A stretch of 64,000 nucleotides of DNA, taken from positions 128,001 through 192,000 of the forward strand of contig OZ245006.1 in the NCBI GenBank assembly GCA_965223545.1, written 5' to 3'. The position numbers and the translations under genes were made by a program. Within the stretch, counting starts at the first letter, position 1, and each line of letters starts with the position of its first letter. Below the pieces are notes generated by a model. The model worked only from the letters and a program-made list of their open reading frames with translations, searched no databases and was not told where the DNA came from. Origin of the DNA: Planctomycetota bacterium. GTDB lineage: Bacteria > Planctomycetota > UBA1135 > UBA2386. Below, piece by piece: positions 1 to 11,478 of the stretch.

Positions 1-2510
1 TGCAGTACATCCGCGCCTACCGCGTGCGCGGCTACCTGCTCGCCGATCTCGACCCGCTCCACTACGAACCCAAGACGTTCCCCGAGCTCGATATGAGCTC
101 GTACGGGCTGACGATCTGGGACCTGGGCCGCGAGTTCTTCACCGGCGGGGTGACCGGCCGGCCGATCGCGACCCTGCGCGAGATCCGCGCCACCCTGCAC
201 GCGACCTATTGCCGGCGGATCGGCGCAGAGTTCATGCACATCGCCGATCCGGAGCAGAAGGAGTGGCTGCGGACGCGGATGGAGGGCAACCACAACCGCG
301 AAGAGCTGCCGCGGGAAACGGTGCTGCGCGTGCTCGACAAGCTGGTCGAAGCCGAGGCATTCGAGCGCTTTCTGCACACCCGCTTCGTCGGCCACAAGCG
401 GTTCTCGCTCGAGGGCGCCGAGACGCTGATCCCGGCGCTGGACGCACTCTTGCTGCGCGCGATCGAGCTCGGCGTCCACCGCGCAGTGATGGGGATGGCC
501 CACCGCGGCCGGCTGAACGTGCTGGCGCACGTGCTCGGCAAGCCGCTGACCCGCATCTTCTCCGAGTTCGAGGGCTCGCTCGACCCAGCGCTCAGCCAGG
601 GCTCCGGCGACGTCAAGTACCACCTCGGCACGACCGGCAGCTACCGGTCGCCCGACGGCGGCGCCCTCGACATCGAGCTCGCCAGCAACCCGAGCCACCT
701 CGAGGCGGTGAGCCCCGTGGTGGAGGGTGTCGCCCGCGGCCGTCAGCTGCTCGACGACGAGAGCCGCGACCGGCAGGGAGTGCTGCCGATCTTGATCCAC
801 GGCGACGCCGCGTTCGCCGGTCAGGGGGTGGTGTCGGAGACCTTGAACATGTCGCAGCTGCCGGGTTACCGCACCGGCGGCACCGTGCACATCATCGTCA
901 ACAATCAGATCGGCTACACGACGCTGCCCGCCGACGCCCGGTCGACGCCCTACTGCACCGACGTCGCCAAGGCGATCCAGGCGCCGATCTTCCACGTCAA
1001 CGGCGACGATCCGCTGGCGGTGGTGCGCATGGTGCGGTTGGCGCTCGACTACCGGCAGCAGTTCGGGCGCGACGTGGTCGTCGACATCGTCTGCTATCGG
1101 CGGCACGGTCACAACGAGGGCGACGAGCCGGAGTACACCCAGCCGGTGCTCTACCGCCGCATCCAGGCCCATGCGACCGTGCGCGAGATCTACCAGGCCT
1201 ATCTGTTGCGCGCCGGCGTGCTGGACGGAGACGACGTGCGCGGCTTCGACGAGGCGTTGGACGAGCGGCTGCGCGCCGCGCTCGACGAAGTGCGCAGCGC
1301 CGACCCGCCGCGGCCGCGCCAACCGCGCGACCCCGCGCCACCGCAGTGGGCACCGCGATCCACGGGCGTCGACCTCGACCGGTTGCAGGCCTTGGCCGAG
1401 CCGTTGTTCGCGATCCCCGACGGCTTCTCGCCGCACCCCAAGCTGCTGCGGCTGTGGGACCGGCGCCGACAAATGCTCGCCGGCGAGCGCGGGGTCGACT
1501 TCGGCTGCGGCGAGAGCTTGGCGTTCGCGACGCTGCTGACGCAGGGGGTGCCGGTGCGGCTGGCCGGCCAGGACAGCGGCAGGGGCACCTTCTCGCAACG
1601 GCACGCGGTGATCGTCGACACCGAGACCGCCGACCGCCACGTGCCGCTGCGCAGCTTGGCCGACGAGCAGGCCCGCTTCCTGGTCGTCGACAGTCTGTTG
1701 AGCGAGGAGGCGGCGCTGGGCTTCGAGTACGGCTTCGCGGTCGCGCGCCCCGACGTGTTGACGCTTTGGGAGGCTCAGTTCGGCGACTTCGCCAACGGTG
1801 CGCAGATCCAGATCGACCAGTTCTTGGCCGCCGGCGAGTCCAAGTGGGGGCAGCAATGCGGGCTGGTACTGCTGTTGCCCCACGGCTACGACGGCCAGGG
1901 GCCGGAGCACAGCTCGGCGCGCCTCGAGCGCTTTCTGCAGCTGTGCGCGGACGGCAACATGCGGGTGGCCAATCCCAGCACGCCCGCGCAGATGTTCCAT
2001 CTGCTGCGCAAACAAGCGCTCGACGAGGAGAAGAAGCCGCTCGTGGTGATGACGCCCAAGAGCACGCTGCGGCTGCCGGCGGCGAGCTCGCCGATCGAGG
2101 CGTTTGCCGAAGGCGATTTCCACACCGTGCTGGCCGACCCCACGGCGGACCCCGACCAGGTCGACCGCGTCCTGCTGTGCAGCGGCAAGCTCTACTTCGA
2201 GCTGGTCGAGCGCAGGCAGGAGGCGTCTGTCGAGGGCGTCGCGCTGGTGCGCGTCGAACAGCTGTACCCCTGGCCCGCCGTCGACCTCGACGCCGTGCTG
2301 GCCACTTATCCGCGGTCGCGCGAAACGGTCTGGTGCCAGGAGGAGCCGGCCAACATGGGGGCTTGGCCGCACGTCGCGGTGCACACCGACGAGCTGGGCT
2401 ACGTCGGTCGCGAAGCCAGTGCCAGCCCGGCCACCGGCTCGCTGCACCGGCACAAGGCCGGGCAGGCCGAGCTCATCGACCGCGCACTCGGTCTGGCCCG
2501 CGCGGAGTGA
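1..2510 (+). CDS. sucA: 2-oxoglutarate dehydrogenase E1 component (SucA/Kgd), 5'-truncated by the window edge
   Basis: Frame is open from base 3 (QYIRAYRVRG). Motifs: KRFSLEG, GMAHRGRLN, GDVKYHLG, NPSHLE, ThDP-binding HGDAAF..NNQIG, WEAQFGDF, LPHGYDGQGPEHSSAR. Confidence 0.97.
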   Translation, partial: QYIRAYRVRGYLLADLDPLHYEPKTFPELDMSSYGLTIWDLGREFFTGGVTGRPIATLREIRATLHATYCRRIGAEFMHIADPEQKEWLRTRMEGNHNREELPRETVLRVLDKLVEAEAFERFLHTRFVGHKRFSLEGAETLIPALDALLLRAIELGVHRAVMGMAHRGRLNVLAHVLGKPLTRIFSEFEGSLDPALSQGSGDVKYHLGTTGSYRSPDGGALDIELASNPSHLEAVSPVVEGVARGRQLLDDESRDRQGVLPILIHGDAAFAGQGVVSETLNMSQLPGYRTGGTVHIIVNNQIGYTTLPADARSTPYCTDVAKAIQAPIFHVNGDDPLAVVRMVRLALDYRQQFGRDVVVDIVCYRRHGHNEGDEPEYTQPVLYRRIQAHATVREIYQAYLLRAGVLDGDDVRGFDEALDERLRAALDEVRSADPPRPRQPRDPAPPQWAPRSTGVDLDRLQALAEPLFAIPDGFSPHPKLLRLWDRRRQMLAGERGVDFGCGESLAFATLLTQGVPVRLAGQDSGRGTFSQRHAVIVDTETADRHVPLRSLADEQARFLVVDSLLSEEAALGFEYGFAVARPDVLTLWEAQFGDFANGAQIQIDQFLAAGESKWGQQCGLVLLLPHGYDGQGPEHSSARLERFLQLCADGNMRVANPSTPAQMFHLLRKQALDEEKKPLVVMTPKSTLRLPAASSPIEAFAEGDFHTVLADPTADPDQVDRVLLCSGKLYFELVERRQEASVEGVALVRVEQLYPWPAVDLDAVLATYPRSRETVWCQEEPANMGAWPHVAVHTDELGYVGREASASPATGSLHRHKAGQAELIDRALGLARAE

Positions 2511-2535
2511 GGATCCGACCCAAGCAGGGCGCCGG

Positions 2536-3953
<1,418 letters not shown>

Positions 3954-3957
<4 letters not shown>

Positions 3958-5792
3958 CCGGCCGAATCTACCGAAGCCTCGGGCGTCCGGCCACCGGTGC
4001 CGACCTGCTGCCGGTGGTCATCGCCGCTGGCGGTCGCCGCGCGCATCGCCGGCAACGCCGCGTGAAGACTCAACCAACCGTGATCGTGGTGCACCCGCAT
4101 CGAGCCGCCGTGCTCGCGCAGGATCCGCCGGCTGATACTGAGCGACCGAGCGGTCGAGAACACGTCGAGGTCGGGATCGTCCGTCTGGCAGCGGACCGAC
4201 AGCTCGACCAGGTCCCCGCGGTGGCCGCCGCGCGCCAAGCGGACGGCCAAGCCCGCGTCGTGGTCGCGGAGCTGGCGGCTGCACGTCAGCAGGAGGTGGA
4301 CCAGCAGCTGCTGTAGCCGCTGCGGGTTGCCGCGCACCATCAGCTGCTCGGCGCCCAGGTCGAGCTCGCACGCCCGACTCCAGCGCTGGAGCAAGCTGCG
4401 CATCATGCCGAGCACCGCACGGGAGACGACGACGAGGTCGAGCGGCTCGTGCCGCTGCGGTGGACTGTCTTCCACGTAGCCGTGCAGGGCCTCGGCCGCA
4501 CTCTTGATGCGATCGGACGACTGCCGGATGTCGCCGATCAGGGCCCGCACTTCGTCGCGCATCTCTTCGAACGACATGCCGGCGAACGTCGCACCGGCGC
4601 CAACCAGGCGGCCGCGCTCGAGGTGCCCGCACGCGACTTCCCACAGCTTGGCGAGCACATCGGCGCTGAGACGGATGGCGTGGTTGGGGTTGTTGACGTC
4701 ATGCGTCACGGCACGCACCAACGTGCCCCAGGCCAGCACCTTGTCGATCTCGGCGATCTCCTCGCCATCGCGGACGAGTTCGGCGAGCGCCCGGCGCCGG
4801 TCGGTGAGATCGCGATCGATTCCGCGGTAGCCGACGTGGCGTCCGTCGCCGTCGAAGACCGGTTCGAAGGTGCTCTCCACCGGGACCTTGGCGCCCGCGG
4901 CGGTGCGGATCGCGTTGTCGAGGTACAGCAGCGAGTCGCGCGTCGACCGCTGGTTGGCGAGGTGGCCCCGCAGCCGCCTGCCGTAGCCCTCGCCCGCGGC
5001 GGACACGCTGGCGCCGATCAAGTCCTTTGGCGCCCGACCGAGCAGCCGGGCAAACGCGTGGTTGACGTACACGTAGTTGCCGTCGAGGTCGATGCTCCAC
5101 AGCCAGGCGTGACTGCCGGTCAGCGTTGCGGGCCAGGCCATCGAGGTCGGCCCGCGCGACGGTTGCCGGCGCGCCGGCGCGAGGACGTGCGCGACGATCG
5201 ACGCGGCCAGGAGAGCCATCTGCGAGGACCACCGCGCTTCGCCGGCGGCGCCGGGGAGCAGGACCGCGCCGAGCGAAGTACCGATGAGCGCCGCGGCCCA
5301 GGGCCGCAAGCCGCGGCGGCTGGCGAACGCCACGAGCAGTACGACCGCGAAGGCGACCCCGGCCGGGGGCACCGCGGCCCCCGCGGCGGTCACGCCGCAG
5401 ACCACCCCGCCGAGGCCAAAGCCCCAGCGGCGCCAGGGCGAGCCATCGACCCGCGCGAGCGCCAGCGCCGCGAGCGTCCCGACAGCGGCGGCGGCGCCGG
5501 TCTCGACGAAGTTCCGGGTCGCGTGCAGCCAGCCACCCGCTGCGCCCCAGGCCAGCAACCAGGCCACGGCGACCGCGCCCGCCATGGCGCGGGGCGCGGC
5601 GCGCAGTAGGCAGGAGACGACGAGCGGGCCGAGAAAGACCACCGGCAGCCCCAGCAGGCCACCGTCGACGGCCCCCGCCACCGCCCCGCATGCCGCCGCA
5701 CCGAGCAGGGCTGCCGTGGTGGGGCGCACCTGCTCTGTGGTTCGAGGATCGGCCTCGGCAGCGAGTCGGGCAGATTGTGGCGGGAATCGCAC
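3954..5792 (-). CDS. Membrane PAS-domain histidine-kinase-like sensor with a degenerate HATPase domain
   Basis: Several hydrophobic helices, a PAS domain (IDLDGNYVYVNHAF..GIDRDLT) and an H-box VTHDVNNP. N, G1, F and G2 boxes are degenerate. Overlaps the regulator by 4 nt. Start codon uncertain. Confidence 0.85.
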
Positions 5793-5843
5793 GGCGTCGG
5801 TCCTTCCGCGCCGAGTCTAACAGTCCGCGCCTCCCGGACGCGG

Positions 5844-6155
5844 TCAGCGCTTCGTCGAGTGGTGGGCGTGCTCGTCGCCCGTGCGCCCGAGCAGGTAGTC
5901 GATGCTCACCCCGTAGGCCTCGGCCAGGCGGTACAGCTGCCGAGTGTTGGGAATCCGAGGATCTTCGCGCGATTCGTATTTCTCCAGCACGGACTTGGAC
6001 ACCCCGGCGGTGTGCGCGGCCACGCGCTGCGACCAGCCGCGGCGGTTCCGCGAGCGGCGCAGGCGCTGCTTGACGAGATCCGCGTCGGGATCGCGCGTGA
6101 CCACCACCGGTCGAGGTGGATTTGCTGGGATGGGGCCCCCTCCATCCATTGGCAT
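5844..6155 (-). CDS. XRE/Cro-C1 family helix-turn-helix transcriptional regulator (~103 aa)
   Basis: 3' part of ORF 5844..6995: RLRRSRNRRGWSQRVAAHTAGVSKSVLEKYE..PNTRQLYRLAEAYGVSIDYLLG. AGGA precedes the ATG at 6155; ATG 6149 is an alternative start. Confidence 0.88.
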   Translation of the reverse strand: MPMDGGGPIPANPPRPVVVTRDPDADLVKQRLRRSRNRRGWSQRVAAHTAGVSKSVLEKYESREDPRIPNTRQLYRLAEAYGVSIDYLLGRTGDEHAHHSTKR

Positions 6156-6171
6156 TTGTCCTGTTGCTCCG

Positions 6172-6187
6172 TGCAGACTGTGTGCCA
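6172..6187 (-). promoter_or_regulatory. Putative sigma-54 -24/-12 element (proximal)
   Basis: Minus strand TGGCACACAGTCTGCA has exact GG-N10-GC spacing, upstream of the XRE-HK-NtrC genes. Confidence 0.55.
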
Positions 6188-6195
6188 TTCGACAG

Positions 6196-6211
6196 TGCAA
6201 TGACCATGCCG
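6196..6211 (-). promoter_or_regulatory. Putative sigma-54 -24/-12 element (distal)
   Basis: Minus strand CGGCATGGTCATTGCA has GG-N10-GC spacing with a TTGCA -12 box. Confidence 0.6.
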
Positions 6212-6448
6212 TCCCATGAGCATCGCGTCCCGGCGGAATCAGGAGGCCGATCCTCCTGTGAGCAAGCAAGTTGCGATCGAATCTCAAAGTCGCGATAGGG
6301 CACACGCCCACGTAGCGATTTGTGTCAGGCCCCCCCGGCAACCAGGCTGAACCCACTGAGGCAAAGATAGTTATGCCGTGGACCGCAATGATGCGGTGAG
6401 CACTTTTGAGGCACCGGTTTTCCCCTGAGAATCGCGCCGCGGCCGCGA

Positions 6449-7270
6449 TCAGCGCCCAGCCGCGCGGGCGTGCTCGGCGAGCATCTGGCACAGAATGGCG
6501 ATCCCGCTCGCGCTCAGCATGGTCAGGCCCGGCCACACCAGCAGCTGGTCGATCCACACCAGCAGGGCCAGCTGGCGCACCGAGCCCGGCTCGAGCTCGG
6601 TGGGCACGCGGTCGACGGGGTTGGCGACGAAATCGATGCCGTATACGTCGAAGGAGGTGCCGAGCTGGTTGAGGGTCGCGAACGTGCTCCAGCCCGCGAT
6701 CGGCAAGTGGATCGCGCCGATTGCCAGACTCAGCATGGCCAACACGCGCAGAGTGCCGCGCTGGGTCGCCCCGAGCGCCGCCGCGCCGGCCAGAATCGTC
6801 GGCAGGACCGCCGGCGTGCTGGCAGGCAACCCCGGCAGGTCGAGGCCGAGGGCGAAGGCGCTCGGCGCCGCCAGCTTCTGCATCAACAGCACCAGGGCGA
6901 AGGCGCTGAGGCCCGCGGCGACGGGGCCGAGCAGGGGCGCGCGGCCGACCCCACCGCGCCGCCACAGCACCCAGCCCCAGCCCGCGCACCAGCACGCCGC
7001 CACGGCAGCCCAGCCCCAGCCCGCGGCCTCCACGTGCTCGATGTGGAAGCGCTTGGCCTGCACCTCGGTGTCCACGTACGCGGCGAACGAGCGCCCGATG
7101 TCCAGCGTGCGCCGGCTACCGGCCGCGGCGGCGGCCGCGACCGCGAAGCCGGCGGCGGCCAGGGCGGCGACCGCGGCCGCGACCCGCCGGATCCGGCCGG
7201 CGCGGACGCCCACCGCGAGCGCCGGCAGGAGGAACAACAGCAGGGCCGCAGTGGTCGACGTGGCGCTCAT
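6449..7270 (-). CDS. Hypothetical multi-pass membrane protein
   Basis: About 6-7 hydrophobic segments from MSATSTT (ATG 7270). No family recognised. Confidence 0.7.
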   Translation of the reverse strand: MSATSTTAALLLFLLPALAVGVRAGRIRRVAAAVAALAAAGFAVAAAAAAGSRRTLDIGRSFAAYVDTEVQAKRFHIEHVEAAGWGWAAVAACWCAGWGWVLWRRGGVGRAPLLGPVAAGLSAFALVLLMQKLAAPSAFALGLDLPGLPASTPAVLPTILAGAAALGATQRGTLRVLAMLSLAIGAIHLPIAGWSTFATLNQLGTSFDVYGIDFVANPVDRVPTELEPGSVRQLALLVWIDQLLVWPGLTMLSASGIAILCQMLAEHARAAGR

Positions 7271-7347
7271 CGGCGGGCGGGATTCTGGCCCCTGGACCCT
7301 GGCGCGGCAAGCGCGCCGATCCGGCCCCGGCATCTCGATCTTCGCCC

Positions 7348-7376
7348 TTGCGGCCCTCCGGTGGCATGGCTAGAGT
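7348..7376 (+). promoter_or_regulatory. Putative sigma-70 promoter of rpmI-rplT-pheST
   Basis: TTGCGG-N17-TAGAGT, ending 25 nt before the rpmI ATG. Confidence 0.45.
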
Positions 7377-7401
7377 TCCGCGCCCGATTCCTGGGCCCAG
7401 C

Positions 7402-7599
7402 ATGACGAAGCAGAAGACCAAGAAGGGCGTGGTCAAGCGCATGAAGCTGACCAAGAGCGGCAAGGTGAAGCGCCACAAAGCCTTCACCTCGCACCTGTTG
7501 GTGCGCCGTTCTCGCAAGCGTAAACGCCATCTGCGCGCCGCGACGCTGTGCGTCGGGCGAATCGCGAAGAACATGGCCCTTGCACTAGGGGAGGGCTGA
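7402..7599 (+). CDS. rpmI: 50S ribosomal protein L35
   Basis: MTKQKTKKGVVKRMKLTKSGKVKRHKAFTSHLL; 65 aa; directly upstream of rplT. Confidence 0.95.
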   Translation: MTKQKTKKGVVKRMKLTKSGKVKRHKAFTSHLLVRRSRKRKRHLRAATLCVGRIAKNMALALGEG

Positions 7600-7602
7600 T
7601 CC

Positions 7603-7959
7603 GTGCGGGTGACCAATGGACCCGCGACGCGTCGGCGTCGCAACCGAGTTCTCGATCGCGCCAAGGGCTTCCGCGGAGGCCGCTCGCGCTTGTTCCGCAC
7701 CGCCGTCGAATCGGTGGTGCGCGCCGAGGCGAGCGCGTTCACCGGCCGCCGGCAGCGCAAGCGCCAGTTCCGGCGCCTGTGGATCACCCGCCTGAGCGCC
7801 GCCGCGCAGGCGCGCGGAATGCTCTACAGCCGGTTCATCCACGGCTGCCAGAAAGCGGGCGTGCGCTTGAACCGCAAGGAGCTGTCGGAGCTGGCGATCC
7901 ACGACCCGGCCGCGTTCGACAAGGTCTGCGACCTGGCGAAGGCCGCGCTCTCCAGCTGA
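7603..7959 (+). CDS. rplT: 50S ribosomal protein L20
   Basis: AKGFRGGRSR, RRQRKRQFRRLWITRL, LNRKELSELA. Confidence 0.97.
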   Translation: MRVTNGPATRRRRNRVLDRAKGFRGGRSRLFRTAVESVVRAEASAFTGRRQRKRQFRRLWITRLSAAAQARGMLYSRFIHGCQKAGVRLNRKELSELAIHDPAAFDKVCDLAKAALSS

Positions 7960-7967
7960 GTCGAGCG

Positions 7968-8990
7968 ATGCTGGACCGCGCGGAGGAATGGCGCGCGGCA
8001 ATCGCGGCTGCCGCGTCCGAGACCGAGCTGAAAGCGGTCGAGAGCCGGTTGTTCGGCAAGAGCGGCGAAGTCCTGGCGCTGGTGCGCTCGGTGTCGTCGC
8101 TGCCGCGCGAGGAGCGGCCGGCGGCGGGGCGCGCCGCCAACACCCTCAAGAACCAGCTGCAGGACGCGCTGCGCGAGCGCGCGGAGCAGCTCGCCGCAGA
8201 GGCGCTGCGCGGCGAGCTGGCGGCGGTCGGCTTCGATCCGACCGAGCCCGGGCCGGTGCTGCCGGCCGGCTCGCTGCACCCGATCACGGTGGTGCAGAAC
8301 GAGCTCGTCGAGCTGTTCGCACAGCTCGGCTTCTCGTGGCAGGACGGTCCGGAGATCGAGTCGGAGTTCTTCAACTACGACGCCCTCAACATCCCCGACG
8401 ATCACCCCGCCCGGGACACCCAGGACACGTTCTGGCTCGAGGACGGCACCCTGCTGCGCACGCACACGTCGCCGGTGCAGGTGCGGAGCATGTTGCGCTT
8501 CCCGCCGCCGCTCAAGGTCATCGCGCCCGGCCGCTGCTTTCGCTGCGAGACCGTCGACGCCAGCCACGAGCACACCTTCTACCAGATGGAAGGTCTGGTG
8601 GTGGACCGGGAGGTCTCCACCGCCAATCTGATCCACACCATGAAGACCTGCCTGCGCGAGATCCTGCGGCGCGACGTCGCCGTGCGCCTGAGGCCGGGGT
8701 TCTTCCCGTTCGTCGAGCCCGGCTTCGAGCTCGACGTCAACTGTCCGTTCTGCAGCGGTGGTGGCTGCAAGGTGTGCAAGCAGTCCGGCTGGATCGAGAT
8801 CCTGCCCTGCGGCATGGTCCACCCCAACGTGCTGCGCGCCGGCGGCCTGGATCCGGAGGAGTTCACCGGCTTCGCCTTCGGCATGGGGCTGCAGCGCGTG
8901 GTGATGCTGCGCTACGGCATCGACGACATCCGCCTGTTCATGGGTGCCGACCTGCGTTTCCTGTCGCAGTTTCGGGAGATCTACTCGTGA
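7968..8990 (+). CDS. pheS: Phenylalanine--tRNA ligase alpha subunit
   Basis: GSLHP, HPARDTQDTF, LLRTHTSPVQ, FFPFVEP, GCGM-like PCGMVHPNVL, GFAFGMG; ATG 7968. Confidence 0.97.
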   Translation: MLDRAEEWRAAIAAAASETELKAVESRLFGKSGEVLALVRSVSSLPREERPAAGRAANTLKNQLQDALRERAEQLAAEALRGELAAVGFDPTEPGPVLPAGSLHPITVVQNELVELFAQLGFSWQDGPEIESEFFNYDALNIPDDHPARDTQDTFWLEDGTLLRTHTSPVQVRSMLRFPPPLKVIAPGRCFRCETVDASHEHTFYQMEGLVVDREVSTANLIHTMKTCLREILRRDVAVRLRPGFFPFVEPGFELDVNCPFCSGGGCKVCKQSGWIEILPCGMVHPNVLRAGGLDPEEFTGFAFGMGLQRVVMLRYGIDDIRLFMGADLRFLSQFREIYS

Positions 8991-11386
8991 AGCTCTCGCT
9001 GCGCTGGTTGGCCCGCTACGTCGACCTCGACGACTGCTCGCCCGAGCAGGTGCGCGACGACCTGACCATGAGCACGGCCGAAATCGAAGACCTGACGACC
9101 TTCGGCGGCGGCCTCGAGCCACTGATCGTGGGGCACGTCGTCGAGAGCGCGCGCCATCCCGATGCCGACAAGCTCACCGTCAACCGCGTCGATGTCGGCG
9201 GCGAAACCGTGCAGATCATCTGTGGCGCGCCCAACATCGCGCGCGGACAGAAGGTGCCGGTGGTGCTTCCCGGTGGCGTGCTGCCCGGCGGCCTCAAGAT
9301 CAAGAAGGCGAAGATCCGCGGCGTCGAGTCGTTCGGCATGATCTGCTCCGAGCGCGAGCTCGGTCTCTCCGACGAGCACGAGGGCATCATGGTGCTCAAC
9401 GACAGCATCACGCCCGGGATTCGCTTCGTCGATTGCGTCCCCGTCGTCGACCACGTCCTCGAGATCGACAACAAGTCGGTCAACCACCGCCCCGACCTGT
9501 GGGGTCACTACGGCTTCGCCCGCGAGCTCGCGGCGATTCTCGACCGACCGCTGCGCCCGCTGTGGGGCAAGGGGCCGCCGCCCGATGAGGTGCTCCCCGC
9601 CGACGGGCAACGCTGCCCCGTCGAGATCGAGAGCGCGGCCGACTGCCCGCGCTTCACCACGACGGTGTTCGAGAACGTCCCCACGCAGCGGTCGCCGAAT
9701 TGGCTGCGCTGGCTGCTGGCCGCCGTCGAGCAGCGGCCGATCAACTTGGCGGTCGATCTGACCAACTTCGTCATGCTCGAGATCGGCCAGCCGCTGCACG
9801 CGTTCGATTCGCGGCACGTCGACGACGGCGGGATCCGCGTGCGCCGCGGCCGCGAAGGCGAGCAGATGCGCACCCTGGACGGCGCCGATCGGGCGCTGGG
9901 CCCCGACGACCTGCTGGTGACCTCGGCGGACCGGCCGATCGCCATCGCCGGCATCATGGGGGGCGAGGGCTCGGCGATCGCCGAGGACAGCGCGGCGGTC
10001 ATCCTCGAGTCGGCCAACTTCAAGCCCGCGTTGATCCGGCGGACCAGCGCCCGGCTCGGCCTGCGCACCGACGCCAGTGCGCGCTTCGAGAAGTCGCTCG
10101 ATCCCGCGGGAGCGGAGGTCGGTGCCCGGCGCTTCGCCCAGCTGTTGACCGAGCTCTGTCCGCAGGCCCGCGCCGCGGGCCCGCTGGTCGATCCGGCCGG
10201 CTTCGCACCGGAGCCGGTGCGCATCGGTCTGCGCCGCGCGCGCTGCGCCGCCAAGCTCGGCGTCGAAGTCCCCGACGCGCGCATCGAGGCCATCCTGCGC
10301 GGGCTGGAGTTCGGCCTCGAGTCCACGACCGAGGGCTGGCAGGTCACGGTGCCGACCTTCCGGGCGACCAAGGACGTCACCATCGAAGACGATCTGATCG
10401 AGGAGGTCGGGCGGATGTTCCGCTACGACAACATCCCCGAGCAGCCCCTGACCTCGACGGTGTCGGTGCCGCCGCGCGAGCCGCTGCTGGCGCTGACGCG
10501 CGATCTGATGCGGCTTGCCGCCAGCGAGATGGGCTTCCACGAGGTCTACAACTACAGCTTCGCCACCGATGCGATCCTGCGCGCCGCGGGCGCCGAGGAT
10601 CACGAGTACGCCCGCTTGGTCAACCCGGTGGCGCCCGAGGCCACCCGCATCCGGCGCCACGTCATGCCGAGTCTGCTGAGTGGCATCGCCGACAACCTGC
10701 GCCGCACCGACGAGGTCCGCCTGGTCGAGCAGGGCAAGGGCTACCACCCCGAGCACCGCGACGAGCACGGCCTGCCGCGCGAGGTCTGCGAGATCGCGTT
10801 CGCCTGGGCGACGACCGACGGAGACCCCTATCCGCGGCTGCGGTCGGCGATCGCCGGCGTGCTCGAGCGGCTGGGGTTCCCGGTCGAGATGCCGGACAAG
10901 TTCTTGGGCTCGGGGCTGCCCTGGGTGCACCCGGGGAGATCGACGGTTCTGGCCCGCGGCACGCCGGTGGTCGGCTATCTCAGCGCGCTGCATCCGGCGG
11001 TTGCCCGGGGCTTCGAGCTGCCAGCGAGCACGGCGATCGCCTGCGTCGACCTGCGCGCGTTGCTGGCGACCGGGCGCGAGACGCCGCGCTACGCGCCGAT
11101 CGCCCGGTTCCCGAGCCAGCCGGTGGACGTGGCTCTGCTCGTCGACCAGGAGGTCCGCGTACAGGCGGTGGCCGAGTTCCTGCGCGGGGTGCTGCCCAAG
11201 CTGGTCCGCGACGTCGCGCTGTTCGAGGTCTACCGCGGCGAGGGTCTGCCGCCGAGGCAGAAGAGCTTGAACTTCACGGTCACTCTCGGCGCGGCCGATC
11301 GGACCTTGGACGCGCGGGACGAGGAGCGCTATCTGGCACGCGTCCGCGAGCAGGCCGCGTCGGTCGGCGCCACCCTGCGCGGCTGA
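8987..11386 (+). CDS. pheT: Phenylalanine--tRNA ligase beta subunit
   Basis: GTG start overlaps the pheS stop (GTGA). HPDADKL, CGAPN, IRGVESFGMICS, GQPLHAFD, RFEK, EDDLIEEVGR and a C-terminal FDX-ACB domain. Confidence 0.97.
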   Translation: MKLSLRWLARYVDLDDCSPEQVRDDLTMSTAEIEDLTTFGGGLEPLIVGHVVESARHPDADKLTVNRVDVGGETVQIICGAPNIARGQKVPVVLPGGVLPGGLKIKKAKIRGVESFGMICSERELGLSDEHEGIMVLNDSITPGIRFVDCVPVVDHVLEIDNKSVNHRPDLWGHYGFARELAAILDRPLRPLWGKGPPPDEVLPADGQRCPVEIESAADCPRFTTTVFENVPTQRSPNWLRWLLAAVEQRPINLAVDLTNFVMLEIGQPLHAFDSRHVDDGGIRVRRGREGEQMRTLDGADRALGPDDLLVTSADRPIAIAGIMGGEGSAIAEDSAAVILESANFKPALIRRTSARLGLRTDASARFEKSLDPAGAEVGARRFAQLLTELCPQARAAGPLVDPAGFAPEPVRIGLRRARCAAKLGVEVPDARIEAILRGLEFGLESTTEGWQVTVPTFRATKDVTIEDDLIEEVGRMFRYDNIPEQPLTSTVSVPPREPLLALTRDLMRLAASEMGFHEVYNYSFATDAILRAAGAEDHEYARLVNPVAPEATRIRRHVMPSLLSGIADNLRRTDEVRLVEQGKGYHPEHRDEHGLPREVCEIAFAWATTDGDPYPRLRSAIAGVLERLGFPVEMPDKFLGSGLPWVHPGRSTVLARGTPVVGYLSALHPAVARGFELPASTAIACVDLRALLATGRETPRYAPIARFPSQPVDVALLVDQEVRVQAVAEFLRGVLPKLVRDVALFEVYRGEGLPPRQKSLNFTVTLGAADRTLDARDEERYLARVREQAASVGATLRG

Positions 11387-11478
11387 GCCCTGCGGCACGG
11401 CGCTGACGGTGGACCGACGCCGACGGCACGGTGGCCCGTCGGAAAAACGTTGGTGTGCGCCCTTGCGACAGGCAGGGA

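Noticed and set aside
5844..6995. 383-aa ORF as one protein
   Set aside because: Only the last ~103 aa form an HTH. The rest overlaps another gene and the promoter region.
8741..8780. CPFC..GCKVCK cysteine cluster in PheS
   Set aside because: This is a known insertion in many bacterial PheS proteins and is not novel.
11420..11447. Hairpin between convergent pheT and tRNA as an intrinsic terminator
   Set aside because: The stem CCGACGG/CCGTCGG is real, but no U-tract follows it on either strand.
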